From the NCBI RefSeq assembly GCF_009914755.1, contig NC_060940.1: a stretch of DNA of 64,000 nt, one strand, 5' to 3'. Below are positions 15,529 through 30,701 of the stretch, one piece after another. The notes below the pieces were generated by a model. It saw only the letters and a list, made by a program, of their open reading frames with translations, did not search any database and had not been told where the DNA came from. The position numbers and the translations under genes are program-made. How positions within the stretch are numbered: position 1 is the stretch's first letter; every line of letters starts with the position of its first letter. Origin of the DNA: the human T2T-CHM13v2.0 reference genome, Homo sapiens.

Positions 15529-16911
15529 TATCTACCACATTTTGAAAAAATCCATTCATTTGTCAATGGATATTTGAGATGCTTCTATCTCTTGGTGATA
15601 GTGAATAGTGATGCAGTAAACCTGAGTGTGTAAATATCTCTTTGAAATCCTGCTTTGAATACTTTTGGATAATACTGATATGTGAGATTGCTGAATTATA
15701 TTGTAATTCTATTTTTAATTTTTTGAGTAATCTCCATACTGTTTTCCATAGCAGCTGCACCATTTTACATTCCCAACAACAGTGAACAAAGGTTCCAATT
15801 TCTCCACATCCTTGCCAGTGCTTGTTATTTTCTAATTTCTGTTTTTCGATGTTTGTTTTTCATAATGGCCATCCTAATGGGTGTGAGGTGATGCTTCACT
15901 GTGGTTTTGATTGGCATTTCCAGGATGATTAGTCATGTTGAGTATATCTTCATATACCTGTTGATCATTTATATGTCTTCTTTGAAGAAATGTCTATTCA
16001 AGTCCTTTGTCTATTTTACAATAAATTATTTTGCTGTTGAGTTGTAAGAGTTCCTTATATATTTTGGATATTAACCCTTTATCAAATATATGGTTTGCAA
16101 ATATTTTCTTCCATTCTGTAGGGTGCCTTTTCATTCTGTTGATTATTTCCTTTGCTGTGTAGAACATTTTTAGTTTGATGTAGTCCCGCTTGTCTATTTT
16201 TGCTTTTATTACTTGTGCATTTGGGGTTGTAGCCAAGAAATCATTGCAATACCAATGCTATAAAGCTTTTCCTCTATGTTTTCTTCTAGCAATTTTAGTT
16301 TCAGGTTTAAATCTTTAATCCATTTTCAGTTGATTTTGTGTATGGTATAAGATAAGGGTCCAATTCATTCTTTTGCATGTGAATATGCAGTATTCCTAAC
16401 ACCATTTGTTGAGGAGAATATCCTTTCCCCATTGCATAGTCTTGACACCTTTGTCAAACATCATTTAACCATATACATGTGGGTTTACTTTTGGGCTCTT
16501 TATTCTGTTTCATTGGTCTTCATATCTGTCTTTATTCCAGTGCCATACTGTTTTGATTGTTGTAGATTTGTAATATGTTTTGAAATAAGGAAACTCTTTT
16601 GGCTATTTGGGGTTCTTTGTGGTTCCATATAAATTTTAATTTTTTTTTCTATTTCTGTAAAAAACACCATTGATATTTTGATAGGGATTGCATTGAATCT
16701 GTAAATTGCTTTAGGTAGTATGAACATTTTAACAATATTAAGTATTCCCATTCATGAGCATGGCATGTAGTGATGTTTATTTATGTCTTTTTAAATTTCT
16801 TTCAGCAATGTTTTTTGGTTTTCAGTATACAAATCTTTCACCTCTTGGTTAAGTTTATTCCTAAATATTTTATTTCTTTTAATGTTATTGTAAATGGTAT
16901 TGTCTTCTTTC

Positions 16912-17285
16912 TTTTTAATTTTTTTATTTCAATAACTGTAGTAATTCAAGTGGTTTTTTGTTATATGGGTGAATTTTATAGTGGTGAAGTCTATGATTTT
17001 AGCGTACCTGTCACCCAAGTAGTGTACATTATACTCAATAGGTAGTTTTTTATCCTTCATCCTCTTCCACTCGTTCCCCTTCTGAGACTCCAGTGTTTAT
17101 TATACCAGTTTGTATGTCTGTGCGTACTCATAGCTTAGCTCCTACTTATAAACGAGTGCATGTGGTATTTGGTTTTTCGTTCCTGAATTACTTCACTTAG
17201 AATAATGGCCTCTAGTTCCATCCAAGTTGCTGCAAAAGATATTATCTCATCCTTTTTATAGCTGAGTAGTATTCTATGGTGTGTG

Positions 17286-17365
<80 letters not shown>

Positions 17366-17720
17366 ATTTTCTTTACCCATTCATAGATTGGTATGCCCTT
17401 AGATTGATTCCATATCTTTGCAATTGTGAATTGTGCTGCAGTAAACATATGTGTGCAGGCATCTTTTTGATATAGTGACTTCTTTTCCTTTGGGTATCTA
17501 CCCAGTAGTGGGTTGCTGCATTGAATGGTAGATTACTTTTAGTTCTTACTAAAAGTTTCTCCATACTGTTTTCCATAGAGGATGTACTAATTTACATTCC
17601 CACCAGCATGTATAAGTTTTCCTTTTCACCACATCTATGCGAACATCTATTGTTTTTTGACTTTTAATAGTGGCCTTTCTGGCTGGGGTAAGATTGTATC
17701 TTACTGTACTTTTAATTTGC
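16912..17720 (-). mobile_element. L1PB1-like 3' end nested in L1M
   Basis: TTTTATTTCAATAACT...ATAGTGGTGAAGTCT...GTCACCCAAGTAGTGTACATT is reverse L1PB 3'UTR. Approximate TSD ATTGT(C/T)TTC. Confidence 0.85.
17280..17362. repeat. (TG)n/(TA)n compound microsatellite within L1PB
   Basis: Seen directly in the sequence. Confidence 0.95.
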
Positions 17721-18776
17721 CTTTGAGATTGTTTTCATAATTTTCTTTTCAGACTATTCAGTGTTAGTGAATAGAAACACAATTAATTTTCATACATCTA
17801 TACAATTTTTGACCTTAAAAATCTTTTGAGGCATAGAATTAAGAGAAGAAAATCAGAAATTACAAAGATTAGGTGGGACATATAGAGGAAGATTAGTTTC
17901 AGCACAAAATCGGTACAGATGTGGGAGTCTAACAGGTCATATAAGCTGTAATGTCATGGATAATCAGATTAAGGCCTTCAACAATGAGTTCATTCATCTT
18001 CCCTGGGTACCTGCAGTCTACTACTACGTGACAGGTAGGGTGATGTGCATTCAAAACACAATGGTGAAAATTCCAAGGACAGGAGGTAAGACTAAGTATT
18101 TGAATCTCTCAGCGACTTGAGGGAATTGTAGTACAGCTGAAATACAGTGTTCAGTCAAGGCAATAGAAAGTTTCAAGAAGAGTCAGATCAACACTGCCAT
18201 GTTCTGAAGACATATTAAGGTAAATTAAGGGAGCATGGCCATTGTGTTAGTGATGAGGCAGACATTGGTGGCATTGGAAAAAGCAATTTCATTGGACTTA
18301 TTTTGGGTGTGAAGCTGTGTTACAGAAGTTGGGGCAGTTAAATAAAAGGAGAGGAAATAAATGGAGAACTGAGCCAGAATCAGATTAAGAACTTTAGCAC
18401 CTGTAAGCATTTGAAAGCCTATAGAGCTCACTCTCTAAAAGGTTATTCTGAATAAAATTTTATTTTTCAAAATGACGTAAAATGTACATGTTTTCTGGAG
18501 TTAGAATAGCTTTTTTGTACATCATCTAATGACACAATTATGCATGAGTACATTGTGACTGGCTTTGATATTTTTCTGCCTTTGCTTTGCTGATGTCATG
18601 GGACTCAGTGCTCAGTATGTGTGCGGTGGTCCAGCACCCATAGAGACCCACTTCAGGGAACTAGACTTTAAAGGAGGGGAAGAAGATGGATTGAAAGTCA
18701 GCTGAAAAGTCAGGACTGAGGGATCTGGGGGAGGAAGGGCAAGGTGTTATTCTGTTTTATATTGGGAGAATGCTCA

Positions 18777-19226
<450 letters not shown>

Positions 19227-19551
19227 TTAGCATCGGGCATGAGGACAACACTCTCTCCCTAGGAAGTACAGTGGCAACCCTGAGGTGTCCACCCATAATA
19301 TGTGTTCAAGGCAAATCAGCATAATGCAACAATACAGAGCATCCAGTGGTTTAAGCATGTATATGTTCCAGCCAAGCTCATATAAGTGTGATTTGTGTAA
19401 ACTGTAAAACAAACACATACAAATATATTCATTTTTTAAGCAAAACACATTACATTTTGAGGCATTTTCTCAGAGAAATCAGTTGAACTAGACTTTATGT
19501 TCACTTAGAAAATGTAAAATAATAGCGGGCAATTTTTTAATGTGTGCCATG

Positions 19552-19906
19552 TGCATTAGTCTGTTGTCACGCTGCTAATAAAAACATACCTGTGACTGGG
19601 TAATTTATAAAGACAAAGAGGTTAACGGACTCAGAATTCCACCTGGCTAGGGAGGACTTAAAATCATGGCATAATATGGAGGAGGAACAAAGGCATGTCT
19701 TTACATGGAGGCAGGCAAAAGAGTGTGTGCAGAGGAACTGCCCTTTATAAAACCATTCAATCTCGTGAGGCTTATTTACTATCATGGGAGCAGTATAGGC
19801 AAAACCTGCGCCCATGATTCAATTATGTGCCACTGGGTCCCTCCTATGATATGTGGGGCTACAATTAAAGATGAGATTTGGGCAGGGACACAGCCAAACC
19901 ATATCA
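19552..19906 (-). mobile_element. THE1 (C-like) MaLR solo LTR
   Basis: TGCATTAGTCTG...GACACAGCCAAACCATATCA with perfect 5-bp TSD CCATG (19547-19551, 19907-19911). Confidence 0.92.
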
Positions 19907-22019
19907 CCATGTACCAGACACTCTGCCAAGTACTCTACAATTATTATCTCATTTAATTTTTATGACAAGCCTTATGGGTTAGATATATTAATATTGCCAA
20001 GGGTCACGTACCCAGAAAGTAAACCCCTTGACTGTAAAGCCCCTACTCTTAGCCACAGTAACATACTGTTTACTCATTTACCACGTAAAAAGTAGGATTA
20101 AACATAACAGAAATAGTTCATGTAACCAGTTCTATCATCACTAGACCACAAGGCAGAGGACCAATGTAAATTAAGAAAGACTTGATTATACATTATCAAA
20201 ACTCAGTAACTAAGCTGTAGATGTTGATGCGATGCTTTATAAGCAACTGATATAGACCAATTTAACAAGTGATTTTTTTTGTGGTAAGTAACAACCGTAT
20301 AAAATAATGAAGTGACACTTATCACAAAAATATCTGCTAAAATTCATGAAGAAGAATGTTGAAAAGGACTATGCAAAAACTCAAAAGCATATAGATGATG
20401 TCATGTGCCCAGCACTCTGTATACCCTGAGGTTTTCTCTGCAGGAACTGCTCTCTCGCTTCCCTCTTTGTCCTCTTGGTCTAGCTCACTGATGTTTCCTG
20501 TCTTGTCTGGCCACTTAAAAGCCATCGGTTCTAGAGTTGTATTCCATTGTGCCTGCCACTCTGTTCACAGTAAACTCTGAAATCCATACACCTCTTGCAC
20601 GGATATACCTGAATATCAGGAGTGATTTCTATTCAGCCTCTAACTTGGAGGCCTGTTATGTATAGTTTTATTTAGGCATACGCCATTTCTGGGAAGGAAT
20701 GCCTACTGTTTTCATTTTCATTTTCATTTTACAGTTGAGAAAACTGAATCTGGGAGTGATTATTCCCCCCAAGGTCTGACCCAGAATGACTAGTGTTGAT
20801 GGGGTTTAAATTCCTGTTTACTAATAACAAAGTCAAAGCCTTCTATGGGATAATATTACCTGGATATTGCATTCTCCCAGGACAGCTTGGTGGCACAATG
20901 TAGATTGCTTTGTTGATCTCATTCATTCAGATAGTAATTCCCGAGTTTGACAGGTAAAGATGCTGAGCTGTGAAGAGTGATGGAAGCAATGTGTGCGTAT
21001 CGGTAAGGGCACAGATGGCTGCTGAAAATTATAAAATCAAGGTGCCAGGGATTATGAAGAATCATACACCGAGTATGCCAGTTCTGGCTATTCTTAAACA
21101 TTAGAAACTTATGATGAATATATGAATGCATGACACTCCCTTGATCTTATTTTTTTTACTATCATATTACCATAAAATACTCCTGGCATCTGACTTACCA
21201 TAAAATCTCAATAGATTCCAGTGTTATAGAATACATATAGAAAAATATTATTAATGAAAAACCACAATGACACAATAAAACATCACTAATATAGTAGCAA
21301 ATTTCTTTTGGGTTATAAAAGAGCCCATTAAAGCATTTTGACTATGCTTTCTGTTGCTATGTTTTTACTTTATTTTTCTACAATTACAAAGAGAAGAAAC
21401 TACTATTACCACCTACTTGAGAGGCTAGAAAGAAAAATATGTGACAGATTTTCTTCTCTTTTTTTCCATATGCAACATGCCAGTTTTATATGATTTCTGT
21501 AGATTATTGCATTGTTGTTAAAACTTTTTCTTATAAACCATTGCAAAATTATCACACGATACAAAAATGTTAATTCAAAAGAAACGAAAAGCACTAATAT
21601 TACCCAGTCCATAAACTTCCTAGTTGATCTCTTTTTATTCATTTAAACAAAGTCAAGTGTTTTTTTTCTTCCTTATTATTAGTTATATGGTTAATAAGTC
21701 AGTCACACAGTTCTGAAAAGGTCCATAGAAAAACATTCCTTCATGTTGAAGGTGATGCACTAATTATATGTACTTCTTGCCCTCCATCTGAAGCAGCTAC
21801 GTGGATACAGATTTTAGACCCTTAGGCTTCAATTAAAATATTCAGTATTCAATAATATTTATTGAAACAATTTTAAGGTAAGAAAGTCCCTTTTAATGTC
21901 TTTCTGTAAATGGGAGATAAAATGTATCAGCTCAGTTATTAATTGGTAAACCACAAGGTAGTTAACTCTATGAGATTCAATTTTTTTTTTGCACAAGAAT
22001 AGCCTAATAGTTTGTTCCG

Positions 22020-23470
22020 AGGGCTGTATTAGGCAAAGAGTTCTCAGATATGACACTAAAAACACAATCCATAGAAGAAAAATGACTAAATCTGACTTCA
22101 GACTTTAAGGAGTAAGACAAGTAACAGATAGGAATAAACTATTTGTAAATTGTTTATCTGATAAATGATTTGTATCAAGAATATCTAAAGAACTGTCATA
22201 ACTCAACAATCAAAAAACCAAAATATTCCATTTAAAAATTGGGGGAGAAAGGAAATGGAGAGTGACTGTTAATAGGTACATGGTTTTCTGGGGAGATGAT
22301 AACATGTTCTGAAAATAGATTATGACGATGGTTGCACTAGTATGTAAATGAGTTGCATACTTAATGGATGAACTTTATCATGTAAATAACATTTCAATAA
22401 ACTGTTAGAAATGGGCAAAATATTTGAATAGACATTTCATAAAAAAGATACGTGAATGACAAATAAATATGAAAAGATATTAAACAAATTAGTCATTAGA
22501 AAATTGCAAATTAAAACTGCAATGAAATAACACTTTATATTCATTATAACAAGCATTGACAAGCATGTGGAGAAAATGGAATTTTGAAACATTACTTTTG
22601 AAAATGTAAAATGGTGCAACTATTTAGTAAAATAGTTTAACATTTTTTAAAAAGTTAAATAAGAGGTTGAGCGCAGTGGCTCATGCCTGTAATTCCAACA
22701 CTTTGGGAGGCAGAAGTGGGTTGATCACTTGAGCCCAGGAATTTGGGACCAGCCTGGGCAAAATGGTGAAACCCTGACTCTAAAAAAATGCAAAAATTAG
22801 CCTGGCACCTGTAGTCCCAGCTACTTGGGAGGCTAAGGCAGGGGGATTGCTTCAGCCAAGAGGTCAAGATTGCAGTGAGCTGTGATTGTGGCACTGTACT
22901 CTAGTCTGGGTGACAGAGCAAGACCCTGTCTCAAAAAAAAAAAAAGTTAAATAAGAACATATACAACCCGGTGATTCCATCTTAGGTATCTGCCCAAGAG
23001 AAATTAAAATGTGTTAACTAAAGACTTGTATTTGAATGTCCATAGCAGCATTATTCCTAATAGACAAAAGGTGAGAACAATAAAAATTTTCATTAACTGA
23101 TGAATGGATACACAAAATAATGGAAACTAAATACTAATACATGCTAAAACATGAATGAACCTCAAAACATTATGATAAGTAAAAATAAAACCAGGCCCCA
23201 AAAGAGTACGTGTTGTGTGATTCCATACATAAAATACCTAGAAAAGTCAAATTTATACAGACAACATCCGATTTGTGACTGCCTGGGCTTGGGTGGAAAT
23301 AGAGATTGAATGCAAATGGGTGACATTTTCAGGTGACAGAAATGTTCTAAAACTGGATAGTGGAATGGTTGTAGGTCTCTGGAAATTTATGAAAAATAAT
23401 TGAATTGTGCATTCAAAATATGTGAAATTTAACAGCATGTAAATGACACTTCAATAGACATGTTTTCAAA
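22020..23470 (+). mobile_element. Old L1M (MB/ME-type) 3' portion with a nested short L1M 3' end (~22240-22408) and an AluJ
   Basis: L1 ORF2-end and 3'UTR motifs (ATCTGATAAATGATTTGTATC, AAATGGGCAAAATATTTGAATAGAC, AATGTTCTAAAACTGGATAGTGG). Confidence 0.75.
22665..22940 (+). mobile_element. AluJ-type SINE
   Basis: TSD AAAAAGTTAAATAAGA at 22649-22664 and 22941-22956. Confidence 0.94.
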
Positions 23471-24305
23471 AATTAAAAAGGAAATAAAAATAAACTGGAA
23501 GAATTATTTAAAACATTTACCAGGAAAAGTATTCATCATATAATTTTGTAGGTATTTAGAAGAAAACTTCACTGTAATTCAAAAATCTCTCTCTGTATGT
23601 GTATATGTGTGTGTATGATTAATAGTTTTATGCTAATATGTTATTACTCATACATTTCTACAGTAGTACTGCTAGTTAAATAATGGAAACCTCTTAAGAA
23701 TAATTACAAACTAGAGTGAGTTATTTTTAAAGTAATGAATTCAGAAGATCTTATATCATAGTATTGACCATTTACCATCCTTGTCATATAACCATTGGGT
23801 TGGTAGAATGATCAATTAAGCATCCTCCTGAACATATTTTCAGGGTTACGGGTTAAGTAATTTCTATTATTTTTTAAAAAAGTATCTATATACACCAACT
23901 ATGTACCCCCCAAAATAAAATAGAAAAAAAATTAAAAAATAATAAATACCTGTTTATCAAAATGAGATTGCTCATTTTTCTTTTATTCTTTATTGTTAAT
24001 GGTAAGAAGGATAAAAATTTGGAAGACATTGTGTTCATAATTAAGTATTCTTCTTCCTTGAATTGTATTTTACTTCTGAAATTAATTCCTGTGAGATGTC
24101 AAGAATAGCTAAGAGTAGACATGTGTAACAAAAATGTAATCTTGGTGATTTTCTGAGACCCAAGAGACTGCTTTGGAAGGCTTTAGAGGTCATTCTCAAG
24201 GTGAGGAGAAAGGATCTGATGCTGAGAGCCCCATCTTGAGCCATGTGGAGAACTCATACCTACAGTGCCTGTGGTTGTGTGTCAGAAGACTATGGAGGAG
24301 GCATG

Positions 24306-24678
24306 TGTATTAGTTCTCCCACTGCTATAAGGACACACCTGAGACTGGGTAATTTATAAAGGAAGGAGGTTTAGTTGAGTCACAGTTCCACAGGGCTGGG
24401 GAGCCCTCAGGAAACTTACAATCACCATGGAAGGGGAAGCAAACATATCCTTCTTCACATGGTGACAGGAAGGAGAAGAATGGGTGCCCAGCGAAGGGGG
24501 AAGCTCCTTATGAAACCATTAGATCTCATGAGAACTAACTCACTATCATGAGAACAGGATGGGGAAAACTGCCCCCATGATTCAATTATCTCCACCTGGT
24601 CCCTCCCATGACATGTGGGGATTATGGGAACTACAATTCAAGATGAGATTTGGGTGGGGACACAGCCAAATGATATCA
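24306..24678 (-). mobile_element. THE1 (D-like) MaLR solo LTR
   Basis: TGTATTAG...GAGACTGGGTAATTTATAAAGG...GATGAGATTTGGGTGGGGACACAGCCAAATGATATCA. Confidence 0.9.
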
Positions 24679-26535
24679 GAATATAATTTGACACGTCTCA
24701 TAAACTATGCCTTCCCTTTGCAACCACCACTCTATCTCTGCTTATCTAATTTTTCAAAAAGTGAAAATAATCCATCTTATCGGGAACATTTCATTATTCC
24801 CCTTGGGAGAAAAGTCCCATTGTTTTCTTGTTATAATGGCAACCCAGAAATACCCTAGAAATGTATGGTCTATTGAAATGCTTCTGGGATTGAGTATTCC
24901 ACGTGGTACAGTCTATGCCTCCACATATCACTGCTTCTCCTAACATCCTTTTCTTAAGCTGATGAACTTGCAAGTCAATTGTGTGTGCTTTGGTGACTTT
25001 CTAACATCAACAATACATATTCCTTAAAAAGTTGATAGCTAAATATACCTTAACTTTATAGTGAAAGGGCACATTATCGAAATTGGGTAGTACATCTATT
25101 TTATGAAGTTTGTTAGAATTCTATAAGAATAGAAGAACATTTTCGTGAGCCAAAACTATTTTGTATGCAATTTTCTGGCAATTTTCTATTATGTGTAGAT
25201 GTGCTGTATACAATGAGTAAGAATAGCAGATTCAGCTAAATTCTTGCTAGGATAACATAACAGGGCCCATCAGTCACTATGCTTTAATTGCTGCAGGTAA
25301 CAGCCACCTAAGGCAGGAATAAATTATGCCCAATTGTTAAGAGCAATTATATGCCTTATCAGCTGGTCAGCAACAAGAGACTGGAATATATGGACCATTA
25401 ATCTGTATGTGAGCAGCTGTTGTAATGTCCCTCCCAGAAAGAAAGTGAGAGACCTCTTGGCCTACCTTGTCAATCACCGGCAAATTAAAAACAACTTAAC
25501 TGTCATATTCTATATTTATGTATTACAGATCTTTTTTTTAGGGAAGATTAGCTTGGATAATACATGTGCATTATCTTTAAAACCAATCAAGTTTTAGAGC
25601 CTTTGCCCTCCATATTTTCTCATATTCTGTAACTGAAGCATTTTAGGGAAAACAGGGCTTAAACATAGGAGATTCTACAAGCCATCATAGACCTTTATTC
25701 TTTATTTTCCTATATTGGTTTGCTTACTTTTGTATTTCAGCCTTGATCCTAAGAACATAAGAAATCGATTAAAAATATAACTAAACAAATACATACTTTA
25801 GGGATGATGGTGGTACATATTCTATTTTAAATACATATTTTAGGAAAAATGGAAACATATAGGTAGAAAAAAATGATGAAACCAAGGAGGATAGTTGCTA
25901 AATTTATTAACCAAAGTTCTGTATATTTTCTAAGTTTTCAAATTATATTTTAGAAAGTTTACCATAAACTGACATGATTTTACAGCAGCAAAGGCAAGGA
26001 TAGAAATGATTCATACTGTCTTTGTGACAAAAACAATCAGATGATAGGAAAAACACAGTATCTAATATTGCCACTGGAAAGAAATTCATCATGAAGAAAC
26101 CATTGTGTTATGTAGTGAATAACATCATCAATAGCATTCTTATCTGTGAATACTGAGAGCATCCTGACTTTCTTATATTTTTATTTCTTATAACATCACT
26201 CAGTCAGGAGATGGCATACTACCAAAAAGTTGTTAGGTAAAATAATTGGTTCTAGGGAACACCTGGAAGGCAGACCATGTTTCTAATGTACTGTAAGGGA
26301 AGGAATTGGCAAAAAGAACCTCAGTAATGCATGTTGGCTAAGTATTACAAGGAAAATATGAGCTCAGGGAAGGACTGGCTGTTGCCCATGCAGAAAAAGA
26401 CTGTGTATTACACGGATAGGAGCTGAATCTAGGGGCTGAGTGACCTTTATGTTGACCCCTTTGGAAAGAATGAGGTTTTTTTTTAATGTTTGTGAGGAAG
26501 AGCCAAGTGGGTAATTGAATGTGAAAAATATGGAC

Positions 26536-26850
26536 TGTGGCAGAAACTGGCAAGATAATCCCTGATCACATTGTTTCTAAAAATATGGGAAGAGCAGCGT
26601 GTTGCAATCTCCTATGCAGGAAGAGTGTAGCCATGGGACTAGTTCTGGACAGTGGAATGTAGCAAGAGGTAATACGTATCATTTCTAGGCACTGGCCCTG
26701 AAATATTTTGTGTGAGCCTATGCAAGCACTTCCTGTCTCCTGTTTCTGTTGTCCATATCCTTTAAGGTGGGCACAGGTGAAAGAAGCCTGGATAACTGAG
26801 AAATCATTTAGGAGGGGATAGCCAGCCAATGCACATCCAATTGCAATGTG
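26536..26850 (+). mobile_element. Old MLT1 (J-like) LTR fragment
   Basis: GCCATGGGACTAGTTCTGGACAGTGGAATGTAGCAAGAGGT resembles an MLT1J core motif. Ends uncertain. Confidence 0.55.
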
Positions 26851-27339
26851 AGTTGGAGGGGATTACCTTGACTAATTCAGGTAATTTAAAAAATAGTTGT
26901 ACTAAGAAGAAATAAACCAGAGGCAAAATTTATCAATCCTCATGTAGTTTATTATCATTATTTAGTCTAACATTATTTATCACTTTTTTTTATGTGAGGT
27001 GTTATTTCAAACTTACTTTAAATTTTCTTCCCTCTATCATCATCAGAGTTTTCTGTGGTTTCAATATTTGGAAGGAACAGATATTTGAAGTGACCTATAC
27101 AAGTCACAGGCTCCAACAGAAATTATCTGTTGGCTTGCCTTTTTTTTAAAGTACAGATTGATTTGGTAGCTTTTTTGATGGTGTCAATTATTGTGTTCTA
27201 TTATTAAATATTATATACTATATTATATTTATAATTATATTTTCCTACATAACAATCCATTTCATCAACATTTTCAAGCTTATTTGCACAGAAGTTAAGC
27301 AATGTATTGTTGCCACACAGTATGTGATGAACATTTTGA

Positions 27340-27705
<366 letters not shown>

Positions 27706-28225
27706 TGAAAATGTCTTTGTTCCTCAGTTTCTTCACTTTTGATAAATAAGGGTAACATTAATAATCTATCACATTTATTATGAAATTAAATACACATATA
27801 AAGTGCTTAGAACCCAGTAAAAGGTTACTATATTTTAAATGGTATTACTATGCCTTAACATCTGTTCTGGTTTTTCTATTTGTGTGCCTTGTTGTGTACA
27901 TTTGCTCTTTTTCCATTTAAAAAAATGTATCTACATATCTTCATGTGTACATATGTTTGTATGTATTTATACTGGAGTCATTTCCCATTCCCACAGCTAC
28001 TTGTCTAGCCAGATGGAAGCACTTCTTTCACAGCCTGTGGCAAACGGTGGATGGGTTGGGAGTGGATGTAGGGGGATGTTGACAGGGGAAGAAGCAGAAT
28101 GTTTGGTTTGGCTGGCAGGTCCTATTGTGGGTTCCTTACTGATTCCCACTGATCTTTGAATCCTTGAATTGGGGAGGATACACTTTTGGTGGAGCAGGCT
28201 AAAAGAGAAATAGGAGAATGTGACA

Positions 28226-28260
28226 AAGATGAGCTACACTTAAGATGAACTACACTTAAG
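28226..28260. repeat. 16-bp tandem duplication AAGATGA(G/A)CTACACTT
   Basis: Two adjacent copies with one mismatch. Confidence 0.85.
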
Positions 28261-28345
28261 TTTTAGAATTTGAATAGCATAAATTCTTAAGATGCATGTT
28301 AGAGAAAGAGTAATTGGAGGGAAGAGAGTATGAGATATTAAAAGT

Positions 28346-28645
28346 GGCTCGGTGCAGTAGCTCATGCCTGTAGTCCCAGCACTTTGGGAGGGCAAGGAGG
28401 GTGTGTTGCTTGAAGCCAGGAATTCGAGATCAGCCTGGACAACATGGTGAAACTTCATCCTACCAAAAATACAAAAATCAGCCAGGTGTGGTGGCATGCA
28501 CCTGTAATCCCAGCTACTCTGGTGGCTGAGACAGAAGAATCACTTTAACTCAGGAGGCGGAGGTTGCAGTGAGCCGAGATCGTGCCATTGCACTCCAGCC
28601 TGGGTGACAAAGTGAGACCCTATCTCAAAAAAAAAAAAAAAAAAA

Positions 28646-28713
<68 letters not shown>

Positions 28714-28718
28714 AAAAA
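28346..28718 (+). mobile_element. Alu (Jb/Sx-like) with an A-tract plus (AAAG)n tail
   Basis: Dimeric Alu, (AAAG)n at about 28645-28714, degenerate TSD AGAT(A/G)TTAA. Confidence 0.93.
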
Positions 28719-29158
28719 GATGTTAAGGTCTACGGTGATGGGTTTGGATTATTGGTATTTTAAGAATAACACATTTAATGAACTACAGTCTTCATTGAGA
28801 AATTAAAAACAAAAATCACTCTAATTTGTCTTAGTTGGTAATGATACACAAAACAAAGTATTTTAAGAAGTAAGAGTTTTTATAAAGATCAGGACAACAA
28901 GCTCTCTATAGTAGTAAGATAATATTAAAAATTGATAGAATATTTCCAGCTCTCTATTTATTATCTGTATAACCTTAAGCAAGTCCTCTAACATCTCTGA
29001 GTCTTTCTCTCTTCATTAGCAAAAAAGTAAAACTAACAATTTTAATGGAATCTTGAGTCACTATATAAAAGTACTATATATGGTACCTAGAGGACAATAG
29101 GAGTTTAATACATATTATGTTAGTACTGTTTTCCTTTCTTGATTATCCTTATCTTTTA

Positions 29159-29647
<489 letters not shown>

Positions 29648-29707
29648 TTAGTTTGTTTTTCAGATTCAGAATGTATGAATATGCATAAGGCCATCAATAT
29701 CTGAAAA

Positions 29708-29829
29708 TAATATATGTAATATATATTTATATATTATATATAAATTATATATGATTTATATATTATTAAATATAATTTATATATTTATGTGTGTGTGTAT
29801 ATATATATGTGTGTGTATATATATATGTG

Positions 29830-29870
<41 letters not shown>
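29708..29870. repeat. AT-rich low complexity plus (TG)n/(TA)n microsatellite
   Basis: Seen directly in the sequence. Confidence 0.92.
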
Positions 29871-30206
<336 letters not shown>

Positions 30207-30501
30207 TGCAATTGTAGTAATAGAATACACAGAATCTTTTTTGGGAGAAAGCATTCTGAATAGAAAAAAAATCTGTCAGAAATATTTTAGGTACATAGAA
30301 TTTTCCAAAATAACTTTTTAATATATAATTTCTAAAACTGTATTATAGTAAATGTATATTTACTTACATAATTTTAAGTGATATACTAAAGTGAAAGGAA
30401 AATAAGATAATTTAGTTATCAAATCTCTTTTATTATATCTTTAAAAAAGTGGTATATTCACTGGCATTTATAGTTTTTCTTTCAGTTTGTGTTATTCAGC
30501 C

Positions 30502-30674
30502 TTTTTTTCTTTCAATTTATTAAGGTTTAACTGACATAAAAACTGTATTTATTTAAGTTGTACAACATGATGTTTTGCTATATGTGTACATTGTACAATT
30601 ATTACATCATGCTAATTAACATATTCCTCACCTCATATACTTATTTTTTTGTGGTGAGAACATTTAAGATCTAC
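30502..30674 (-). mobile_element. L1MA-type 3' terminal fragment
   Basis: GTACAACATGATGTTTTG...GTGGTGAGAACATTTAAGATCTAC is reverse L1MA 3'UTR. Confidence 0.8.
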
Positions 30675-30692
30675 CATATGAGGAGAGAGTTT

Positions 30693-30701
30693 CAAGATGG
30701 C
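30693..30701 (+). promoter_or_regulatory. YY1-type site (CAAGATGGC) at the L1 5' end
   Basis: Motif sits at the expected position near the start of an L1 5'UTR. Activity unknown. Confidence 0.5.

Larger units (their letters stand above)
14873..17800 (-). mobile_element. Old L1M (MA/MB-type) 3' portion, host to nested MER2 and L1PB insertions
   Basis: Reverse L1M 3'UTR and ORF2 remnants (LLWKTVWRLLKKLKIEL; [16 protein letters not shown]). The element resumes after each insertion. Confidence 0.85.
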